Source: a virus
Taxonomy: Duplodnaviria; Heunggongvirae; Uroviricota; Caudoviricetes
IMG/VR virus record: IMGVR_UViG_2529292977_000006
Direction: 5' to 3' (one strand)
Length of the DNA stretch: 4,250 nucleotides
The notes under the pieces were generated by a model, which had not been told where the DNA came from, did not search any database, and saw nothing but the letters and a program-made list of their open reading frames with translations. How positions within the stretch are numbered: position 1 is the first letter of the stretch; every line of letters starts with the position of its first letter. The position numbers and the translations under genes were made by a program. Below, piece by piece: positions 1 through 4,250 of the stretch.

Positions 1-582
1 TTATCAGCAACGGAAACGGCCTGGAAGCTGTGGGAACTTATGGGGGAGGTGTATTCGAACCGCTGGACCCAGAAGAACGGGGCTGCGCCGTCGAAGCTCT
101 GGATTGCTCAGATTGGCGCGATGACTGAACAGCAAATCCGGCAGGTCTGCCGTCAGTGCATGGACCGCTGCCGGGCGGGTGAAACGTGGCCTCCGGACCT
201 GGCTGAGTTTGTGGCGTTGATTTCGGAGAGCGGGGCAAATCCATTTGGCCTGACGGTGGATGCCGTGATGGAGGAGTACCGTCGCTGGAGGAATGAATCC
301 TGGCGGTACGACGGGAGTGATAAATACCCGTGGCCACAGCCGGTGCTGTACCACATTTGCCTCGAGATGCGTGACAGAGGGATTGAGCGGCAGATGACGG
401 AAGGTGAGTTAAAACGACTTGCAGAACGGCAACTGACGAAATGGGCAAAGCAAGTTGGTAACGGGATGAGTATTCCCCCGATCCGGAGACAACTCGCATC
501 GCCGAAGTGCCCGCAAGGGCCAACGCCAATTGAATTACTGAAACAGGAATACGAGCGCCGGAAGGCGGCTGGTTTTGTTTGA
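1..582 (+). CDS. Replication protein P-like (lambda P family helicase loader), 5'-truncated by the window edge
   Basis: The reading frame is open from base 1 (LSATETAWKLWEL precedes the first ATG at 40) and ends at TGA 580-582. The translation resembles the central and C-terminal part of lambda P as I recall it: PPDLAEFVALISE vs PSPGQFVAWCRE, a conserved YPW, and IPPIRRQLASP vs IPEPVKQLPV near the C-terminus. Minus-strand ORFs overlapping it are judged spurious. Confidence 0.7.
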   Translation, partial: LSATETAWKLWELMGEVYSNRWTQKNGAAPSKLWIAQIGAMTEQQIRQVCRQCMDRCRAGETWPPDLAEFVALISESGANPFGLTVDAVMEEYRRWRNESWRYDGSDKYPWPQPVLYHICLEMRDRGIERQMTEGELKRLAERQLTKWAKQVGNGMSIPPIRRQLASPKCPQGPTPIELLKQEYERRKAAGFV

Positions 583-615
583 ATCTGAGAAACGATTTTG
601 TCGGAGGAAATTTTA

Positions 616-1332
616 ATGGAAACCGTATCTGACGCACTGAAAGCACTGAAAAGAGCCTCTTCACATGTGGTGGCAGCTCGCCTTGGAATTAGTCGTGAAG
701 AGGCTGTCAACGAACTGTGGAAACTGAAACGCCGTGGAGAAGCGGATAACAAGGGGGCGATATGGTGGCTGACTCAGGCTGGTGAAAGTGAACCGGTGTC
801 ACCGGTACCGAAAGTGACGGCGCAAATGCTGACAGAGGCGATTGAACAACATGGCCCACAAACGGCGGATGAACTGGCATTGATGTTCGGAATTACCTCC
901 CGCCGGGCGAATTCATCGCTGGCAATGGCAATCAGCAAAGGGTGTCTGATTCGCGTGAATCAGGATGGTAAATTTCGTTACTGCATACCGGGCGTTGATT
1001 TACCGGCAGAGCCGAAAGCAGCATCCGTAGCTGAAACGGAGGGTAAAGCCCTTCCTCAGCCAGCTGGTGTTGCGTTACCAGTCCAGGAAACGGCTGCACA
1101 GGAAGAAATTAAAACAGAAGCGGTGGAGGACATTGTGAAGTTGCAGCAATCGTTCACTGAAGCGAAAGCAGATGACCTGATTCTACCATCGCTGCATGTG
1201 GCTAACCGCGAGCTGCGCCGGGCGAAAAGTAATGTTCAGAAGTGGGAGCGAGTCTGTGCTGCGCTACGGGAACTGAACAAACACAGGGATATTCTCCGGG
1301 ATATTACCGCCACCAGAGAGCAGCAGCGGTGA
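616..1332 (+). CDS. Hypothetical protein with two tandem winged-helix-like modules, a Pro/Ala-rich linker and a C-terminal coiled-coil-like tail; occupies the position of ren
   Basis: ATG at 616 is preceded by GGAGG (603-607) at 8 nt; the TTG at 598 used by the ORF track has no SD. Stop TGA at 1330-1332. Two segments have a similar HTH-then-basic-wing pattern (residues ~10-50 and ~75-125), followed by [26 protein letters not shown] and a charged helical tail. It sits immediately downstream of P, as ren does in lambda. Confidence 0.6.
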   Translation: METVSDALKALKRASSHVVAARLGISREEAVNELWKLKRRGEADNKGAIWWLTQAGESEPVSPVPKVTAQMLTEAIEQHGPQTADELALMFGITSRRANSSLAMAISKGCLIRVNQDGKFRYCIPGVDLPAEPKAASVAETEGKALPQPAGVALPVQETAAQEEIKTEAVEDIVKLQQSFTEAKADDLILPSLHVANRELRRAKSNVQKWERVCAALRELNKHRDILRDITATREQQR

Positions 1333-1646
1333 GTGGCTGGAAGAAGTGGCGCTGGGCTGAAATCCTGATACTCCGGCAGTGTGCGGGAACGATGAGAGTC
1401 GAAAGCATCGGTTATCTGATTGGCCGTAGTGAGTCAGCCGTCAGGACGAAAGCGCGGGAACTGGGTATCAGCATGATGTTACGGGGTGATTATCACCAGT
1501 CAGCCAAATGTTCACAGCGTGATATTGAGCTGGCGTGGCAACTGCATCAGCGTGGTGTACCCCGACGGGAAATTGCCGAAAAGTTTGGGATGAAGTTGGG
1601 CGCAGTGAATAACTACGTTTATTTCGACAGGAGGGTTCAGGAGTGA
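1329..1646 (+). CDS. Small helix-turn-helix DNA-binding protein (hypothetical)
   Basis: ORF in frame 0 ending at TGA 1644-1646. GTG at 1329 overlaps the upstream stop (GTGA), a typical coupling arrangement; the alternative start is ATG 1392. The ATG at 1242 would overlap the upstream gene by 90 nt and is rejected. Two HTH-like segments: [21 protein letters not shown] and [21 protein letters not shown]. Confidence 0.5.
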   Translation: MSGWKKWRWAEILILRQCAGTMRVESIGYLIGRSESAVRTKARELGISMMLRGDYHQSAKCSQRDIELAWQLHQRGVPRREIAEKFGMKLGAVNNYVYFDRRVQE

Positions 1647-1945
1647 GGGTGAGGGTTTATATCGCCGGTCCGATGACGGGATATGAAAATTTTAACCGCG
1701 AGGCATTTCACAAAACGGAAGAGGTGCTGAAACGGGAAGGGCATACCGTTTTAAACCCGGCAGTACTTCCGGACGGGCTGACTCAGCCACACTACATGGA
1801 TATTTGCATGGCAATGCTCCGTTGCGTGGATGCGGTTTACATGCTGAAAGGCTGGCAGCAGTCGGCAGGTGCAGGGGCTGAGCTGGCACTGGAGGAGAAA
1901 CCGGGCCATGCGGTGATTTTTCAGGAGGTGGGCAGTGAATATTGA
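1643..1945 (+). CDS. DUF4406-like protein (nucleoside 2-deoxyribosyltransferase-like fold)
   Basis: GTG at 1643 overlaps the upstream TGA (GTGA) and is preceded by AGGAGG (1629-1634) at 8 nt; stop TGA 1943-1945. The ~100-aa product starts VYIAGPMTGYENFNREAF, which matches my memory of the N-terminal YIAG-x-(I/M)TG motif of DUF4406 / deoxyribosyltransferase-like proteins. This is recall, not a search. Confidence 0.6.
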   Translation: MRVRVYIAGPMTGYENFNREAFHKTEEVLKREGHTVLNPAVLPDGLTQPHYMDICMAMLRCVDAVYMLKGWQQSAGAGAELALEEKPGHAVIFQEVGSEY

Positions 1946-2252
1946 CCCGGCGATAACGATTGATATGGCCCTGAACGCCGGCCTGGCACTTCTTGGTTAT
2001 TTCTACATTATGTTCTGCAGCGGACGATGGCTGTCACTGTTGTTCATGAAAAAATGGAATAAACGCCGTAAGCAGGAGCAACGCCAGAAGGCAATGGATG
2101 CATTTTTCGAAGCCTTCGGAATTGACGGCATGGAACCAGGGGATCCAGCTCGCGCAATCAGCAGAGGGGGTGTAGTAATCCTTGTATATCGGAGTGAAGA
2201 GAAAAATGACGATCACAAAACAACGTGTAGAAGAAATCATATCCCGCATTGA
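1935..2252 (+). CDS. Small membrane protein (hypothetical), one predicted TM helix followed by a basic stretch
   Basis: GTG at 1935 with AGGAGG (1923-1928) at 6 nt; it overlaps the upstream gene by 11 nt. Hydrophobic segment ALNAGLALLGYFYIMFCSGRWLSLLF followed by KKWNKRRKQEQRQK. Stop at 2250-2252. The 3' end overlaps the next gene by 47 nt, so the true C-terminus is uncertain. Confidence 0.45.
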   Translation: MNIDPAITIDMALNAGLALLGYFYIMFCSGRWLSLLFMKKWNKRRKQEQRQKAMDAFFEAFGIDGMEPGDPARAISRGGVVILVYRSEEKNDDHKTTCRRNHIPH

Positions 2253-2523
2253 AATGTATGGACATGGTGCAGGGTATATCGCAGACGAGGTTAATGATCT
2301 GGCTATACTGGCGCTGAATTTATCAAATATCGCGAACCTGAAGCGATACGAGCTTGATATGGGAGGTTGCGACTCGTGCGGTCAGGATTGTGGCGCTGAT
2401 ATGACTGAAGATCCTGATGGTGATTATGTCCTGTTTGATGACGTGGTTAAGTTGTTTGAATTTGATACAACCACTCAAAAGTTAGAAATCCCGGCAAAGG
2501 AGGCAGCCAGTGGGCAAGATTGA
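2206..2523 (+). CDS. Hypothetical acidic protein with a Cys-rich knuckle (GGCDSCGQDCG); N-terminus paralogous to the 3143..3700 product
   Basis: ATG 2206 is chosen over the TTG at 2182 because the resulting N-terminus MTITKQRVEEIISRIEMYGHGAG aligns with MTTITKDRLLTIQHWRETYGPGS of the gene at 3143. Stop TGA 2521-2523. Weak SD (GGAG at 2191-2194). Confidence 0.55.
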   Translation: MTITKQRVEEIISRIEMYGHGAGYIADEVNDLAILALNLSNIANLKRYELDMGGCDSCGQDCGADMTEDPDGDYVLFDDVVKLFEFDTTTQKLEIPAKEAASGQD

Positions 2524-2947
2524 CTATCAGGCACTGCGTGAGGCAGCACAAAACTATCAATCGACGCTGGCGTGGTATCAGGCTACCCCGGACAGCCCAA
2601 ATGCTGAACGGGATTGTGATGCGGCTCTTGCTGCGTTTAAGCGTCACATCCGTCATCGGGAAGCGGATATTATCGCTGATTTGCTGGATGGACTGGAAGA
2701 AGCAAAATCACAACTCAACGAGCAGCGTGAGTATTACGAAGGCGTTATCTCTGATGGGAGCAAGCGTATTGCTGAACTGGAAGCGCGGGAAGTTCAATTA
2801 CCGACTCGCTACGACCTTCGATATGGACACCCGATAAATGCAGATGAGCGACATGTCATGATACCTAAAGAAAATGGCAGTTGGCTTTACCTGATTGACC
2901 TAGAACACGCATTACGCGTCGCTGGCATTCGCATCAAAGGAGAGTGA
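2510..2947 (+). CDS. Ead/Ea22-like family protein (coiled-coil phage early protein)
   Basis: GTG at 2510 with AAGGAGG (2497-2503) at 6 nt, overlapping the upstream gene by 14 nt; stop TGA 2945-2947. N-terminal DYQALREAAQ, central EEAKSQLNEQREYYEGVISDGSKRIAELEAREV and C-terminal AGIRIKGE match what I recall of lambda Ea22 / P22 Ead-like proteins. From memory only. Confidence 0.6.
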   Translation: MGKIDYQALREAAQNYQSTLAWYQATPDSPNAERDCDAALAAFKRHIRHREADIIADLLDGLEEAKSQLNEQREYYEGVISDGSKRIAELEAREVQLPTRYDLRYGHPINADERHVMIPKENGSWLYLIDLEHALRVAGIRIKGE

Positions 2948-2948
2948 G

Positions 2949-3140
2949 ATGAACGGACAAATATCAATTGTTCGACCAGGAGCATGTGACGATCGCGAAA
3001 TACGAATGATTATTCGTCTGGCGATGGGGAAAACAATAACTGCTCTCATTACTCCAGAAAATCTCGCATTAGCATTAACAGGAAAGTCAGACATGCCAGT
3101 AGAGCTAAAGCTGCGAAATGTTGAGATTAAGGTGAAATAG
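2949..3140 (+). CDS. Hypothetical small protein (63 aa)
   Basis: ATG 2949 lies 1 nt after the upstream stop, with AAAGGAGAG (2937-2945) upstream; stop TAG 3138-3140. No recognisable motif; it is called on operon context and the ribosome-binding site. Confidence 0.5.
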   Translation: MNGQISIVRPGACDDREIRMIIRLAMGKTITALITPENLALALTGKSDMPVELKLRNVEIKVK

Positions 3141-3142
3141 CT

Positions 3143-3700
3143 ATGACCACTATTACCAAAGATCGACTGCTGACAATCCAGCATTGGCGCGAAACATACG
3201 GACCGGGTAGCAACGTTGTGCTTCCAGCAGAAGAAGCGGAAGAGCTGGCACGGATTGCGCTGGCATCACTGGCAGCAGTATCGGATGAACGAGCAGCCTA
3301 TGAATTATTTATGGAGAAGCGTTTCGGAGAATCTGTAGATCGCCGCAGAGCAAAAAATGGCGATAGAGATTACATGGTATGGGATATGGCGCTTGGCTGG
3401 ATTATCTGGTGTCACCGCGCCGCCATGCTTCAGGCTGGAAACTTTCGGGAAAATAAGGGTTCGTCAACCAATAATTTTCGGATAATCTCGGAAACGTCAA
3501 CCAACTCTCCGGCAATCCCTGATGAGGTGTTGTCCGCAATCCTGAAGGTCGCCAGGCTTCGTGCAGATTTCGATGCTTCTGAAGTGGACAGGCGAGGTAT
3601 CGGTAGTTGTCTGGATGAGGCCGAGCAAGAACTTATCGTTACCATTAACGAATACGCCAGTCAGATCGCAGTAGAAGCGACACAGGGGGAGAACCAATGA
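3143..3700 (+). CDS. Hypothetical protein (185 aa); N-terminus paralogous to the 2206..2523 product
   Basis: ATG 3143 lies 2 nt after the upstream stop, with AAGGTGA (3129-3135) upstream; stop TGA 3698-3700. Shares the N-terminal pattern MT(T)ITK-x-R...YG-x-G...AL with the gene at 2206. Confidence 0.6.
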   Translation: MTTITKDRLLTIQHWRETYGPGSNVVLPAEEAEELARIALASLAAVSDERAAYELFMEKRFGESVDRRRAKNGDRDYMVWDMALGWIIWCHRAAMLQAGNFRENKGSSTNNFRIISETSTNSPAIPDEVLSAILKVARLRADFDASEVDRRGIGSCLDEAEQELIVTINEYASQIAVEATQGENQ

Positions 3701-3774
3701 GCCGGCCAGATGCATTTGCAGGCGTTGCTATAGCTATTGCTTTTCTAGTATATGTTATTTGTCGGTGGGGGTAA
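3697..3774 (+). CDS. Candidate 25-aa hydrophobic micropeptide (MSRPDAFAGVAIAIAFLVYVICRWG)
   Basis: ATG 3697 overlaps the upstream stop (ATGA), with GGGGGA (3685-3690) at 6 nt; stop TAA 3772-3774. One short hydrophobic helix. Too short for the ORF track; the call rests only on coupling geometry, the SD and hydrophobicity. Confidence 0.3.
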   Translation: MSRPDAFAGVAIAIAFLVYVICRWG

Positions 3775-3809
3775 AAACGTTCGCCGGGATTCACACCAAG
3801 GGAGGGAAT

Positions 3810-3914
3810 ATGTCGGATGATATTTCACTGGTAATGGAAGGCGCTCTGGCTGTTATTGCTGTTGTGGGTGTTTACTGCCTGGTTGTGTTTTTGATGGAGC
3901 GCCTGGGGAACTGA
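3810..3914 (+). CDS. Candidate 34-aa small membrane peptide (MSDDISLVMEGALAVIAVVGVYCLVVFLMERLGN)
   Basis: ATG 3810 is preceded by a strong SD, AAGGGAGGG (3798-3806); stop TGA 3912-3914. One TM-like helix flanked by acidic N-terminal and charged C-terminal residues. Not in the ORF track because of its length. Confidence 0.45.
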   Translation: MSDDISLVMEGALAVIAVVGVYCLVVFLMERLGN

Positions 3915-3924
3915 ATTCATTCCG

Positions 3925-3940
3925 TATGGGAATTCCCATA
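3925..3940. promoter_or_regulatory. 16-bp perfect palindrome TATGGGAATTCCCATA (candidate operator or weak hairpin)
   Basis: The sequence equals its own reverse complement. It lies 11 nt after the stop of the 34-aa ORF and about 15 nt upstream of the candidate hok promoter -35. There is no following T-tract, so a classical intrinsic terminator is unlikely. Confidence 0.3.
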
Positions 3941-3954
3941 TCGGGCAAAACGGT

Positions 3955-3982
3955 TTGCTGTAAAGCGAGAGTTAAGTAGAAT
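3955..3982 (+). promoter_or_regulatory. Candidate sigma70 promoter for the hok transcript
   Basis: -35 TTGCTG (3955-3960), 16-bp spacer, -10 TAGAAT (3977-3982). This would give a leader of about 170 nt before the hok ATG, in line with the long structured leaders of hok mRNAs. Confidence 0.3.
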
Positions 3983-4000
3983 TGCTGCGGGTGCTTGAGG

Positions 4001-4036
4001 CTGTCTGCCTCGGGCATGCCACCGTAAGGCAGACAG
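4001..4036 (+). other. Stable hairpin in the presumed hok mRNA leader (10-bp perfect stem, 16-nt loop)
   Basis: CTGTCTGCCT (4001-4010) is the exact reverse complement of AGGCAGACAG (4027-4036). It is not followed by a U-tract. Confidence 0.35.
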
Positions 4037-4157
4037 AGAAAAGCCCCAGTTAACATTACGCGTCCTGCAAGACGCTTAACATTAATCTGAGGCCCAATCT
4101 ATGCTTCACAAACGTAGGTTAGCCTCTTACGCGCCGAAAGGCAAGGAGAAGCAGGTT

Positions 4158-4250
4158 ATGAAGCAGCAAAAGGCGATGTTAATCGCCCTGATCGTCATCT
4201 GTTTAACCGTCATAGTGACGGCACTGGTAACGAGGAAAGACCTCTGCGAG
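4158..4250 (+). CDS. hok: Hok-family type I toxin (HokD/RelF-like), 3'-truncated by the window edge
   Basis: ATG 4158 is preceded by AAGGAGAAG (4142-4150). The translation MKQQKAMLIALIVICLTVIVTALVTRKDLCE matches the N-terminus of E. coli HokD/RelF as I remember it, including the TM helix and the conserved Cys. An in-frame ATG at 4101 with its own SD lies upstream. Confidence 0.75.
   Translation, partial: MKQQKAMLIALIVICLTVIVTALVTRKDLCE

Noticed and set aside
598-615. TTG start at 598 used by the ORF track for the 244-aa protein
   Set aside because: The GGAGG Shine-Dalgarno (603-607) lies inside this extension and is correctly spaced for the ATG at 616; nothing upstream of 598 resembles an SD.
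4-752. Three long minus-strand ORFs (4..354, 38..664, 153..752) overlapping the replication protein P gene
   Set aside because: They lie antisense to a + strand gene with recognisable lambda P similarity, have no convincing ribosome-binding sites, and their translations are Arg/Ser/Pro-rich and low-complexity, as expected for antisense frames of GC-rich coding DNA.
1242-1328. ATG at 1242 as the start of the HTH protein (134-aa version)
   Set aside because: It would overlap the upstream gene by 90 nt and give an N-terminus rich in Cys, Gly and Thr with no SD. The GTG at 1329 (GTGA coupling) or the ATG at 1392 is more plausible.
1645-1656. Tandem GAGGGT GAGGGT at the start of the DUF4406 gene
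   Set aside because: Only two copies; it simply encodes the Arg-Val-Arg-Val N-terminus and is too short to call a repeat element.
2520-2837. 105-aa + strand ORF in an alternative frame inside the Ead/Ea22-like gene
   Set aside because: It is entirely nested in the better-supported 2510..2947 frame, has no SD, and its translation has no recognisable features.
1692-3715. Minus-strand ORFs 1692..1889, 2034..2249, 2447..2656, 2912..3184, 3430..3645 and 3497..3715
   Set aside because: All are antisense to + strand genes that are tightly coupled and carry ribosome-binding sites; none has a convincing SD or recognisable motif.
3913-3935. Two EcoRI sites (GAATTC) 17 bp apart
   Set aside because: The second is the core of the 16-bp palindrome and the first is probably coincidental; there is no restriction-modification gene in the window.
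3853-4056. Minus-strand 67-aa ORF spanning the micropeptide gene and the hok leader
   Set aside because: It runs antisense across the palindrome and the leader hairpin, which are better explained as regulatory or RNA-structure elements, and it lacks an SD.
1-4250. CRISPR arrays, tRNA or rRNA genes, insertion sequences or transposase genes
   Set aside because: No regularly spaced direct repeats, no tRNA-like structures, and no terminal inverted repeats or transposase-like ORFs were seen anywhere in the window.

Overview
This window looks like the early/replication-to-nin part of a lambdoid (Enterobacteriaceae, E. coli-like) prophage, with every supported gene on the + strand. It opens with the 3' two-thirds of a lambda replication protein P homologue (1..582). 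A tightly packed, translationally coupled string of small accessory genes follows (616..3700), with start/stop overlaps of the GTGA/ATGA type and strong Shine-Dalgarno sites. These include a tandem winged-helix protein in the position lambda gives to ren, a small HTH protein, a DUF4406 (nucleoside 2-deoxyribosyltransferase-like) protein, a small membrane protein, an Ead/Ea22-like protein, and two proteins with clearly paralogous N-termini. Downstream are two tiny hydrophobic peptide ORFs (25 and 34 aa) that the six-frame track misses, a 16-bp perfect palindrome, and the 5' end of a Hok-family type I toxin gene whose first 31 residues match my recollection of E. coli HokD/RelF. The hok leader carries a candidate promoter, a 10-bp-stem hairpin and a candidate antisense (sok-like) promoter. 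No rRNA, tRNA, CRISPR array or transposase is visible. All family assignments rest on recalled sequences and motifs, not on database searches. The most likely places for an undescribed function are the DUF4406-containing accessory operon and the small-peptide/palindrome/hok block.
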